DNA of 57,115 bases, the filler included, from Streblomastix strix (taxonomy: Eukaryota), in NCBI GenBank assembly GCA_008636045.1. It is 2 parts of 2 records of this genome, joined end to end, with 100 filler letters (N's around TTAATTAATTAA, not from the genome) between each part and the next. Parts side by side here need not be neighbours in the genome. Positions count along the whole stretch, not along the records: positions 1 to 28,517 come from SNRW01000121.1; positions 28,618 to 57,115 come from SNRW01000122.1. One strand, 5' to 3'. The notes below the pieces were generated by a model. That model searched no databases. It was given only the letters and a program-made list of their open reading frames with translations, and was not told the origin of the DNA. Made by a program: the position numbers and the translations under genes. This document shows, in pieces, positions 15,701 through 29,066 of this stretch (its first letter is position 1; every line of letters begins with the position of its first letter).

Positions 15701-18700
15701 TTCATCATTACTAAATAATAAATTTTCATCATTATTTAAGAGAATTTCTGTTAAAGAGTTTTCATTTTCTTTAATATTTTATGTTAAATCTTATTATTTC
15801 GTTGGTCTCTGAATGTTTTCTGTTGAAGTAGATGATACCATATCACTAAGTGCGCGTATAGCTTGTGCTCTAACATTCACCTATGCATCTGAAGCACAAA
15901 TTGAAATACATCCAAATGCAATTTGACGAACTTGTTGAGCTAAGAATCGGAAGCTGAATGTTGCAGCAAAAAATCGTGAAAGTGGAGAATTGAATGAATA
16001 TTTTACAAGATTATTTTGTTATTATGACTCTAGAATAGAAATTGTAGGAAAATTTGGCAAATTGTCTAATGTATGATCTTAAAAGTGTTTTCTTTTTTCA
16101 TCTTTGCAAAGTGATGGCAAAGAAAACTAGGAAGGTGCAGGAAGAAGAACTGCTGGGAATGGATGAATTAATTATTCAGCATAACTCTAAATGATTTCAT
16201 CCTCTGCATTTTATTAAGCTTTAATAATTGCTTCCTATTCTGCTCGTTGTTGGATTAATGTATTTTTTTCTTTTTCAGATAAAACAGGAAGATCAAATTC
16301 TTTGAATAATGCATTTGTTTCTTTTGATTTGATTTCATTTTATTTATCAGTTATATCGTTATTTTCTATAATTATAGGTTTTTCTACATCTTTAATCATG
16401 TCTAATTACATTTCTTCTTCTTCTTCTTACTCTTAAACTTTTTATTGTTTGATAAGGCGACCCTTTTTTCCTTTCTTCTTCCTTGCTTTATTATTATTTT
16501 TAATTATTTCATTTTTATTGTAATTTATTGTCTCGTTTATTTAAATTGAATCAATTTCAATGTTCTTCAAATCAGTCTTTTATTCTGTAATCTTATTGTT
16601 ATTTTATTCTTTCATGAATGTTGATGAAGATGAATGATTCAATATCCAAAGCTCGTTGATATTTCTACAAATAAAAGGAAAATGAAGCAATCTAATACCA
16701 CGTTTCTAATTGATTATTTATTCTGGTCCAGTTATTGATTAGTCTGATGAATAATGATTAAAATTATTAATAGGAGGGTTTCTGATTGGATTAATTTATT
16801 GTTATTGTTAAGCAGAAATAAGAATTGATTTGCTAGAATAAGATTACTCAATATAAAAAGGTGGAATTTGATTCTTATTTTATTAACTGCTAATTCCATA
16901 TTCATAACTTCCAGCAGCGAGAATGCGGTGGAGTTATTAGATCCATTAAATGTTTTACGATGAAGTTCCTAGAAACGAAGCAGAAAAATACCAATACGCT
17001 AAAGTGAAGCAGAGAGAGTCGAGATTGAATCTTTACTGAGCAGTAAGAAGGAATGAACACGATTATGATGAAGTAGAAAGTGAGCTACTAATCTCATTTG
17101 TATGGGAATTAACATTAATAGAAGATAATTGCTGTTATTATTGGTGTTTATCATTTTAATATATAGGTATTTGTATTGAGAGAAGTTGTTTCTGGTTCAA
17201 TGAAGGGAAGAGAAGCAATAATAGGTCAGAATATGAAGCTGACACTATATTTTAATTTTGCGAAAAGTTTGATGTAATTAGTGAAGAGAGTAGTCCAGAT
17301 TAACTTGAAGTTTAAAGAAGTGAAGAAGAAATGGATGAATTATTTTCAGTTTTATCTTATGTATCTGAATATGAAATAATTTATGAAATAGAATTTATTA
17401 ATGAAATAATCTTTTCATCATTCGTTCCTTTGATTTCTCCTTAAATATTGTTTGGTATTTATGGACTAATATTAGTGTGTTTGATTGATAATGTGTCTAT
17501 ATGTGAGCTTCTGGCTTCAAGTTCTTCACCCTTTTGAGAATCATCTTCATCTTCGTCAATATCTTCAATATCTCCTCTATCTTACTTCTCTAAAGCAAGT
17601 GTTGAAGATGAACCGGTGATGTCACTAGATATGATGTTAAGATTTTCTACCTTCTTTCTTCTTATACTTTAACTTTCAATATTAGTTCTAAAAAATGGTT
17701 CAAGTGGCTAAGAAATTGCTTCCCGTTAATTTTACCATCTTCGAGTGTGTAGGAGAGCACGTTGGGCTAATAGCATTACTGTTGCTAGCATGAACGGTTC
17801 GGTATTTTAAAATAGTGCAATGTACTTTTATTATGATGATATGGATTATATTGTTGGTGATGACGTCCTACTTACAAGAGTATTGTTTGGTTGTGGTGTG
17901 ATTGAACGATATTGAATTGAATGAGACGGTGATGAAGATTGAGATGGTGAGAGTGATATGGGACGAATATTTTTCATTAGAAGAGTTAAACATTTGGATA
18001 TTGAGCTTTATTAACCATTTGTTTTTAAGGATATTGATTGACATTCATAAGTTCTTGCATCTGATGTATTTCCTATTGCTATTGGCGATATCAAAGGATG
18101 CGTTGAATAATATAAAATAAAACAACCATCACAATAATAACCATTTTAAAAAGATGAAGCTTTGTTAGATTTCATAGATAATTATTTCCCAATGCATTGT
18201 GAATGCATTGGTCCACCACATAATTCACAGAATAATATGTAAGAAGAATTTTATTGTGTAGAATTTTGAATATTGCTTTCATTTGAAGTTGTCAAATTGA
18301 AATTCTATTAATTAGGTTAAGATTATAATGAAGAAGAAGAATATTAACTATTAGCCTATTCAATGACCTAATGCAGACGAAGCTATCTTCCACGCTGAGA
18401 AAAAAACGACAAATGACATATCATACATTGAGCAGGGGAATATAAATGTTCATGATTAAAAAATCTTTAATTGGAAATGATTGGAAATGATTGAATTTCA
18501 TTCTATTGTTTATTAATTTATGTATTTTCAAATGGTTAACTTCGTGTACCTCGTTTTAATTATAAAATATTTATATTATTATTAATATTCTTATTTGAAT
18601 TAATCTAATAATCCTACTATTGTAACTATTTTCTCTATACAATCGTTTCATATATATATTATTCTTCATTTTCTCTTTCTTTCATCCTTTATTTTGCTTC

Positions 18701-21226
18701 AATTAGAAGTGTTTATTGTATTAGTCAATGAGAAATATTGCTCATTTCATTTACTGTTATAAATACTCGACCAAGTAGCTATATAAATAGGCGTTTTTTT
18801 GCTATCTCTATATTAGCCGTTTATTGTGCAGAGATGTGAAATGAGGATTGTTGAAGTGCCATTTATGGAGTGTTTGATAAAGAGATGCGTTTTGTCCTGA
18901 TTAAATTATTTGCTATACTTTTTGATAAAATAAAGAGAAGAAGCTCGGCGGCAGGCCAATCTGGTTAAGGTAATAGAATAAGCAGCATATCTATTATTTT
19001 AGACACCTTTTCCCGCTAGTGCTTACAAACTTCGGAAGAGATATTTGTATTATTTCCATTTAACTATTATTCATTTTCAATAGATGCTTGATATACTACA
19101 CCACAGGATGAAACAAGTATATACATTTGCTAATGAAGTAAAGAAACAATCTCTTTCAATGTTCCACGACGCTAGTCGGTTTGTATTTATTATAATTAAG
19201 ATTAATCTCTTTCGTTCTCATCTTAAGAATCTTTGATAATAATCGATTATATTTATTCAGATTATGATTATTATATTTATTCTTAGTCTTTATCTGATTC
19301 TAGATCAACAGCGCCCACTTAAAGTCGAAGATGTATTATCGAATCACTTTATTCGGAATCTTCTGACCCATCTGAATCATTTTTATCATCTTTTTTAGTT
19401 ATTTGCTGTTAAATTTTTGTTTTCTTTGTTGATTTCCTTTTTTAATTGTGTTTTTTAATTGTTTTTGATTTTTTCAATTTTTCATTCTAAGTAGATTTCT
19501 TTTTATCTTAATAATTTCCCTGTGATTATTTTAATTATTCATTATCTATTGTTTCAAATTGATCATGAATGTCTGCAATATCGATTCTATGTGCTGTCTA
19601 TACGAGAGTAAGTATAAGTTTTATACTTGGATGAATTAATTATTGATTAAATTCAATGAATGATTCTCTTTCATTTCTCTTTTATTAATCATTCAATCTT
19701 TCATCATTCTTTAATAAATTATCATCTATGTTTACATTATAATCGCTATCAATCTAATTCAACTCTTCATTGGTATTTGACTCGTCTTAGAACTCTTCAT
19801 TTTTCTTCTTCTTCTACTTCTTTTTCTTATTCGTTGCAATTTTTTTCCCCTTACCTATTTATCTCTTTTATTTACGTTTACCACTCTCATTATTGATTAT
19901 ATTATCTTTATCTTTATTTATTTCGCTATTATTCGATTATAAAGATATATTCTATTGAAAATTTCTACTGGTTGGTTGTATTTCATTTTCATTCATCTAA
20001 ATATTATCTTAATCTTTCACCATATTATCCTCATCTTTGAAATTATTATCTTAATTATTATCAACGTTTAACTGAGAGAATGCATCAATAAGCATTCCTT
20101 ATCTAAGGTCTGGAAAGATTACAAAAAAGAAACAAACCAAAGGGAGAGAATGTTCTTATACAGATCCAAGGAGCTCGGTTGGATAGAAATAATCTGCATT
20201 TTAAGTAATTCCAGAAATATTTGATTTATATATTGAAATTTGTGATTAAGATCTATGACTAACAGTATTAAACATGCATTCTTATATTATAAGGTTGGAA
20301 ATGTCATTTGCTTGCTATAAAATATCGGCTTAGGATTGTAGTTTCTAGTTCTTATCAATGAACAATTACGTGAGAAATGTATTAATATGAACTGCCTACA
20401 GTTCGCGAACATTGCGAATCGAAAGAGCTTCTGTTAATGCAGATATAAGATTGGCTAATTGAGATAATAGAAGTGAAATAAGGGGAAAAGGTGGAGGAAT
20501 AAAGTGAAAATTTTATTTCTAAACTATCTTATTCTATTTATGTTTTCTATTCTTTAATTGTTAATTATTATTTTCAAACTCTTATATATTATTTTTTTCT
20601 CCTTGTGCATTAACAAAGGCTTCAATACGTTTACGAGCCCCAAGTGAGAATGATGGTAGTATTTCATCCTCTATCAATCTTTATAGAAATGTGATTACAA
20701 TTTCAATTATATTTGATCCAATTAACTGCGTTGGCAAATCTGGTAATGATAGAAGAGATAAAAGGCATAATGATGCTTCTATACTACAAGCAAGTGATGA
20801 ATTTTGGAAGATTGACGTAAATATTGTCGATTATATCACATCTGTATCATTACTCATTTGTTCACTAGATAGAAAAACATCTGATATGATTTTACTTATT
20901 CATGGAGGTTGCTCTTACATTAATAATTCTAAGCATCTCCTAAGAAGTTCACAAAACTAGGCAATGTCTTCATCCTCAATTCCTGCTTCATTAAAATAAT
21001 TTGATTGGTTGGATATCATATTAGTCTGATGCATCTTGTTCAACTCTAAACGAACTGATTTAAAGTGAGAAGGTTATAATGATCGCACTTCAACTACTTC
21101 CAAATTCAATTTAGGGAATATTCCTGCACAGGAAGCAGCAGAAAGGTTCTAAATTTAAGATAACAGTAATGTATTTTTCATTTTATTTGGAATAACGTCC
21201 TCATTTTATGATTTTATTCTGCTCAT
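6772..21226 (-). CDS. NIPBL: Cohesin loader Scc2/Nipped-B-like HEAT protein with PHD finger (~3951 aa without the internal duplication)
   Basis: NIPBL-like motifs in the expected order: PDWPAAELL (~18950), VNVRAQAIRALSDMV, LDISARVRESAID, VDKSTAVRKKAV, ICKSLW, LNKGILHPHQVISSIVCSLSDP (~8960). Span 14455 minus the 2599-nt duplication offset is 11856 = 3952 codons; not every codon was checked. Confidence 0.88.
10879..16011. repeat. 2534-bp direct tandem duplication (10879-13412 = 13478-16011) with an inverted insert at the junction
   Basis: Copies match at offset 2599 wherever compared (identical ORFs at 11085 and 13684). 13408-13486 is the reverse complement of 11726-11804. Confidence 0.95.
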
Positions 21227-22265
21227 CTTAAGGTGCAAAAGATATTTCAGTATATCTATAAGAAAATATGTAAAAATGAATAAAAATTGGTTAGAAATTT
21301 TATCAATAATAATAAATATTTGTGAAAAGATCATAATTTTGTTGTTAATCTCATAAAAATTTAGAATTTATTTTTTGATATTAATTAAATATTGCTAATT
21401 TGGTACTATTAAAGATAAATATTTGTGTTTATCAAGATATATAAGTTTATTTTATTATAAATTAGAAAAAGTGTAAAGATGAATAATTATTAGTCAGAGT
21501 ATCGATATATTCTTGTTAATTTCGTGATTATTGATCATAAAATACTATATAAGTTGTAATAAAATCATATTATTGAATTCAATTAATTTCGTTGGCTTTT
21601 TTGATGACATTAACTTAATTCTTATTTTTCTTGGCAAAGACGAAAAATTGACTATAATAAACAAAATAAATCATATACATGAATTTCAATATATTAAAAT
21701 ATATATTTAATATGTCGAAAAAGTGATAAAGAAAAAATATTAAATTCTTCAGTTACGATTAACTATTTCACTATAAATAAATAATTTGTGCTAACTATAT
21801 AAATTTTTAAGCATTAAAATATAATTAATAGCATCAGAGACCCATCCTAAATTAATTTCAAGCAAATTATTAAAAGTGATTTTTCGACTTCCCTCGCTCG
21901 TAATAACACAAAGTAATAAAATATATAAAAATAAAATATGTTTTAAAAATAATTTTTTAACTGAATGACCTTTATTTATCCAAATTGTGAAAAGTAACAA
22001 TTTTCTACTTAAATTCAATGTAATTATTTTAATTATTCATAAGCAATTAAATATTATATATTTATCAAAATCTTTTCATTATAATCAATCACATTTGCAA
22101 AGCAGTTAGCTAAGAGAAACCTAGTTGAAATTTTTTCAAATACAATTAAAAAAACTAATTTATTTCTTTATTTCATATTAGCATATTACCTATGTTAAAA
22201 CAGATCAAATAAAACTATTTTCAAATATAAATATCCAAGATTTTATTTATAATATGTTTCAGTAA

Positions 22266-22875
22266 ATGATAGAGAATTCAGCAGTTGAGAAGAACAAATG
22301 GTCATATAGAGTATTTAAACGAAGAATGAAACTGAAAGAAATTTTGACATTTGCATTCTTTGCATGGCTTTCATGTTTAATAAGTGGAATAACATATTTA
22401 TTGGTTTAGTAAATTTTTAAGTTTTTAGATATTATACATATTATTATTTATTATTTTAATAGGGTTCTCTAATATCGTGGATTAAATATTCAGATGCTGT
22501 AGAAATTACTCTTTCTGTTGTTGTTTTATTTATAGTAATGATAGTGTACACTTTTGAACTTGAATTCATTACAGCTTAAGATTTATCATCTCCAAGATTA
22601 TCTAAGTTTCTTTGTATGAATTTTACTCTTGATAAATATATATCTTATCCCGATTAATTATTTTAGTTAGTTCTGGTACAAGAGGAATCATATATATATT
22701 AATATCAATTCCATTTTATTTAATATTGCCTTTAATGCCAGGATCTATCTTATTATGTTTGGGAGGTTGGCCAATTTATTAATTCTATTTTACTATTTTA
22801 ATGTTTTATTTAGGAATACTTTACTTATTGCAAGAATTTTATGCTAGAAAAAGGTAAAATTCAAGGAGGATATGA
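22266..22875 (+). CDS. Small multi-pass membrane protein, possibly COPI-associated/Tvp-like, ~4 exons
   Basis: MIENSAVEKNKWSYRVFKRRMKLKEILTFAFFAWLSCLISGITYLL, further hydrophobic exons with RGIIYILI, short GT-AG introns, TGA at 22873-22875. Family is tentative. Confidence 0.6.
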
Positions 22876-23111
22876 AGTTAAATATCCACTTCACATTTAA
22901 TATTTTTATCTTCTTCTATAATACATATAAAAAAAATACTCTTGTTTATTTACATTTTCCTCTACTCTCTTATTAATTTCATAATCCAATCACGTTTCAT
23001 ATGAGATTGAACAAGTTTTAATACCATTGATTTATTAATTAATTTTAATAGAACAATGAAATGAAAAATTGATGCTTGAATTTGAACTACAATAATTATA
23101 TTTCATATTAT

Positions 23112-26100
23112 TCAAATATTGATTAATTCTAATTCTTCTTATGTTAGATCCTCCTTGCGTAGCCATACATATATATTTTCTCCTGTTACTTTTACCCAGC
23201 GAACATAATATTCTGTTATTTTATTATCATCTTAATCATCATTATATTCTGATGCAGATATTACTTATCTTGTATTCTTATCAATGATCCTTTTCTTTAA
23301 TATTTCTTCTGCATGACCAAAGAAATCTTCATCATCTTCGTTATTTTCTTTTTCGATAATAATCCCTTTCTTTGATGTTACAATTTAACTTTTCTATTTT
23401 TTCTTTCTTTCATTGTCTGTTTGTTAAAGATTAGTTTGATTCGCATTAATATTCCATCCTTCGTTACTTTCTGACCACAATTTTCCACTCTAGTTAATTA
23501 ATAAAGGTTATTATTTTTATTCAATTATTTCTTATTATGGTTCATCGTCTTCATAATCATCATAAGGTTTAATTAGATGATCTTAATTTATTGTCATATC
23601 CATTTATTATCCATCTGCCTTGATGAGTTGAGATGAGGCTGTAATTGTGATAATACCGGAAGATTTTAATTCTTAACTGATAGAATTATCTCTTTTTACT
23701 GAAAGTCTTCTATTAATAAATTATTTTGCTGGTGTTTATATAAATTATTGTACAATCGTCTTAATTGGATTTTCTTCCAATTTAACCTGTTAAAGTTAAA
23801 TGTTTGTCTCACTATTTGGTTACTAAACCGCTGATGCATTTGCGTATTATCCTGAATAATCAATGTCGATCCCATGTGATTACTAAAAGTTCTTAATTCT
23901 AATGATAGATTTAGATGGATCATATTAGTTGGTTGATAAAGAAATTGCACGACCCTCAGCTTTAGATTGGAAATGATTCTAAATTTACTTCTCAAATAGT
24001 TTTTATCTTATGACTTACTTTTCGTAGAGAATGCGATTGGCTTCATTTCCTCTTTCACGCTATTTATTTTCTCTTTCAACTCGTGCAATATCTCGATATT
24101 TATTTGGCAAAGTAGTTGCGGTAGGATTAATTCCAATAGATTGTTATGCAATATATTTTGATTTAACAGTTTCAACAACATTTAATGACGTTTTAAGTTT
24201 TGAAGGAAGAGCAGATTCCAATTATGAAGCAGGAGATATCAGAAGAGTTGTGTTATGTGGAAGCCCAAACCAATCAGGTGTTGTATTCAATGGATTAGAA
24301 AAAGATGATCCACGTTATACTGGTCCATGGGCTGTGAATGGCTTAGCTCCGTTCTTATTATTTGTTTCTGTATTCATATTTGATTAACTATTCGTCTTTC
24401 TGAATTTATTATTATTATGTTTTTAATTCATCTTCATAGATTCTCCAGTTTTTTATTATTGGGTATTATTTACATTTTCATCCAAAGTTATCTATTAAGA
24501 AACTTTAGTGTCTTATTTTCCTCTGACTTTTCCATCTGAATCCAAAAGAGGAGGAGGTATACTTGTAACATTCTATTTGCTATTATCTTTTTTAGAGATT
24601 GATTTTTAGTCGTGATAAGCGAAAGAATCAGCTTTGAATTCCACTTCAGGCAATATGTCATTATCATTCGGTTTATAAATAAGTGTTTATTGAGGATGTT
24701 TTTATGGTCCTGGAGATATATCGCGAAATTGAATCGTATTGTCTGGACTAGAATAATTTGATTTCTCTAAATTAGTCCCATTTTCATTATTTTTCTTTTA
24801 ATCAGATGTTTCAGTAGATGGAATTATTCCAAGCAATTCTTTCTCTTTCTATTTCAACTGTTAGAAACTTTCATATTAATGTTAATAGTACTATTTTTGT
24901 CGCTCAACTTGTTATTCACGTTATTACTGCACTAATTCCTCTCTTTTTTTTCGATATGATACATTCTATTAGTAAAGTCTACCAGTGATATTCTCAAGTA
25001 AAGCTTTTCTCTTCTACATCTTCTGAGATCGAGCTGCAATTAGCCTTGCACGATTTGGAACAGATTTAATGCCATAAGATGATATTTATTCTCCAGTTTG
25101 ATTACCCAATCCTTCTTCATTATAAGCATTCACACGACCAATTGGATCATCAATTTCATATGATTTGTGTGGAATACGATGAGGATGATTTGGAGGAAGG
25201 ACTGATTTAGCTGGAGATCTTCTATTCACTTCCATTATATGCTATTCTCGATGCTAGAGTATATCAGCTACTTCCTACTCTACATCTGTTAGGGGTTAAT
25301 AAGCTTTAGATACCACACGAGATGCTATTGGAATGTTGTGTGATTTAACTGGGAAAAAATAATTAGCGTTGAGATTATTCATAACATCAGTAAGTTGAGC
25401 AGCAGTTCCAAAATCATCTTAAATGTCCTCTTCATCATCACCGCTTATATCTGAAGTATTATATCCTTCATCCCCATAATCACTTTCTGTCTTATTTCCT
25501 GTTTATGAATCATCAGTCTCATTCTCCTATTCAATAATCTCATCAATTAATTATCCTTCTTCTTCTCCTTCAATTGGACCTTTGTAATCTTCATCTATTA
25601 TAATGTCATTACCATCTTATCCTTTCTTTATAATTCTTCTTTTATTGATAATTAATTATTTGTTATCTTATTCTTTATTCTACTCATTCTATTCTTATCC
25701 ATTAATTTCTCCTTATTTTCCTTCAAATCCTCCTGTTTTCTCAGTAACAAAGAATTCTACAATTCTTCCATCTTTTAATAATCTTCTTTATCTTTTCTTT
25801 CTCTAATGTATTTTTGTCTTTTCATTGTCTTCTCCTGAGTGAAATGCATCATGTCGAGCTTTTCTTCTCCTCAATCTCTTCTCTTCAGCTCTGACACGTC
25901 TGCGTTCAATCTTTCTCATAGCCCAATTATTAAGCTCACCTTCAGCATTGCTTCTTCCTACAATTAGATCAGCTTCACTCACAGCTCCAATTCCACCAAG
26001 TATTGCTCCAGGTGGATATTTAAGATTAGTTCTTCCAATTCCATCAAATTCTCTTTAATTAATTCCATTTTTTGTGTTTGTGCTATAAGGGGGTCCTTTC

Positions 26101-28517
26101 ATTTGTCCACTTCCATCTCCAATAAGAAAAAGAGTATTCTCTGTTACTACATGAAATTAAGGTACTTCTATTGGTAACCATTATTCTATCTTTTTCTTCT
26201 TCTTCCTTTCTTTATTGTCTGAACCTGATTTATTCTTATTTTAGGGATAAATGAATGTATCATAAGCATCTCTATCAATCTTACCATTATTATTCACATT
26301 CTCTTTTTCTTTTTATTTCTTTATTCTTAAAACCGACCCACTTCCTCCTCCATATATTTTCATATCATCTCCCATAGTTGTAGTTTCTGAAATTCCATCT
26401 GAATATTAATTTAATTTGTTTTCTTTAATCTATATATTATCAATATTTTATACTGAATATTCAGATGCAAGTAAAATAGAAGGATTAATCTAAGAATTGT
26501 GATCACTAAATCCTTTTATTATTGATGGAGTCATTTATAGATGCTGTGAGCGTCTTGAACCACGAGAGTTGAATGAACGGACACTTTATGTCTCTTATCT
26601 TTTAGCATCAGATATATCTTATTATTATTCTTCTTTATCTTCTTATTTTTATTCATATCCACCAAATTGTCTAATTGCACTTCTTGTCCATCTGTCAGAG
26701 TCCCATAACCATGTGGATGGAGCTTCAAGAGAAGATTTAGGCATTTGAGAAGATGCTTTATTTGATGAATGGTTATCTTAATCTTCTCCTTTTTGTATTA
26801 ATGTCAGTTATGAGAATGGAATTATTAATCCTGAATTAATCCCTTCAATTAATATTCCTTAATTTGATTCCTCATTTGGCAATCCTTATTACTAACCTGA
26901 ATTCCTCACGATCATTGAAAGCATTAAATCAGCAGCTACAGAAGCTTCATGCATTTCTCGATCCTCTTCTTATCTAAATTATTATCTTTCTATTTATTTA
27001 ATTTTAGATAAATCAAGCTCAGTTTATCTCTAAAGCAGATCAGCTGTTATTTCTTCATTTTCTGCTGAATTGTAGGCAGAGAAAGCATATTTACCTTTAG
27101 CTCTATTAACAGCACGAGAAGATAATCCCCTCTAAGCAGCAGGAGACACAGCAGATGATGAGAGAGTTGGTGTTGTTACATACGTTGCAAGAGGAGAACT
27201 GGAGCTAAATGAAGACACAAATGGTTGGTTTGAGTTACTTATTGACTAATTGATCTCATTAACACTTGTTGCTTACTTCCCATTCCCAGCATTTATTGGT
27301 GAATTGATGAAGGTTCCTGCAAAATCTTTAAAATTTCCTTTTTTCAATCCTTTATTTGTAGAATTATTTTCATTCTTTTATTTATTATTGCTTTTTGAAA
27401 CAAGGTTAGACAATGGTCCAAAAGGAGCAATTGTACAGGTTTCTCTGACTTTGTCCATTGATAGAATGATGAATTTAGATTTAACACTCCTTTATTTAGA
27501 TATTTCTTCCAGCATTTATTAATTCTGTGTGGGTATTAACAATGCCTATAAAGATCTTTATTTATTCATTGGCCCTTAATCTTCAACAGATGGTTGATTA
27601 TAATAAACAAAGTCTCCAATTCGAGGATTGTATTTCTATTTTTAATGCTGACCATTCTAACCGTTAATTCCCTCTTATTATGAAGATGATACTTTAGATC
27701 CGTTCTATCCAAATAATGCTTCTTTTTCTCTTTCTCTTTCCTTCTCCCTTTCTTTGATCTTTTCTTATTCTGTTTATTGGGATTATGAATTAAGCTGTTG
27801 TTATACATATATCATACCATCATCAATTAAATCTCTCATTAATCCAGATAGCTATAAATATTGTGGATGTTTCCCTATCCATTCCAATATTTAAGTAATT
27901 GCTTCCTAATAAAACAGTAATAATTAAAAATAATTAAAAATAAATAGAAATAATAAACAATATAATCATACATCAGGAACATCAACTTAAGTAGAAGGTG
28001 TAATCAAAGGCAAAATTGCAAATTAAACAGTATGAGCATGTTTTTTAGATCCAATACTTTTAATCTTCATCCCAGGAATCTAATCTTTCACATCTTTACT
28101 TTCTCTAATTTAATCAAAGAATATTTGTCTCCATTCAGGAGGAGGCAAAGGTGTAGATTCTTGTTTAATCAGGGCCCACAATGTATATGGCGATATATTT
28201 GTTGATATTAATGGCAATCTGCAATGAAATGGTCTTTCTTAATATGGTTTATTGTTCTATTGCTAGATATTAGCATTAGATTATTACGACTATAATTAAG
28301 GTTATATTGAATATGGAATTGATCCAAATAATGAATATTATTAATTATCAATATTTATTTATTTATTTTCATCATCAATACTATTATTTATTTGTGATGA
28401 AGAACCTAATGAAAAAGAAGGAGTTAATGCAAATGTTATTCCACTTAAGAAGTCTTATCCATTCTCAATAGTGTCACTTATTAGATTAATTAATCCCTAA
28501 TTAACAAATATTGAATT
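23112..28517 (-). CDS. Large low-complexity protein with C-terminal chromodomain-like module; 5' end lost at the contig break
   Basis: Exon 27905-23112 is 1598 codons in code 6; intron 27971-27906. Ends AEEILKKRII...EYYVRWVKVTGENIYVWLRKEDL, a chromodomain pattern. Confidence 0.7.
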
Positions 28518-28617
28518 NNNNNNNNNNNNNNNNNNNNNNNNNNNNNNNNNNNNNNNNNNNNTTAATTAATTAANNNNNNNNNNNNNNNNNNNNNNNNNNN
28601 NNNNNNNNNNNNNNNNN
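28518..28617. other. Artificial contig linker (N44-TTAATTAATTAA-N44)
   Basis: Symmetric 44 N, 12-mer six-frame standard-code stop, 44 N; genes on both sides are truncated. Confidence 0.95.
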
Positions 28618-29009
28618 TCACATCGCCATCCTGAAATAATAATATAATTAATAAGTAGAAATTAAAAAATATATTATTTAATAAATGGTAATTCAAAAAT
28701 ATATAATTAAGTTAAAATTATATGAAAATAAGAAAGGAAAAGATTAAAACCTTGTATGTATCATTGTCTTCGATGTTGAGACTATTTCGTGCAATTGTCC
28801 CCCTAAAATAATAAAATAAAGAAAGAAATTTAAAACATTAGAAATCAATAAATATTAAAATATTTTGAATTAATTAATAAGAAATATCAATCAAGATTAT
28901 TATTGACTTCATACTAAGCTCCAACATATGCAACACTTTCTGAACAATAAAAATATTAAATATATACATATACATATATATATATATATATAATTTTAAT
29001 AATACAATA

Positions 29010-29066
<57 letters not shown>

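Noticed and set aside
28518..28617. TTAATTAATTAA palindrome and apparent continuity between the NEK gene and the chromodomain gene
   Set aside because: Synthetic linker between contigs. It does not stop translation in code 6, so any fusion or synteny across it is artefactual.
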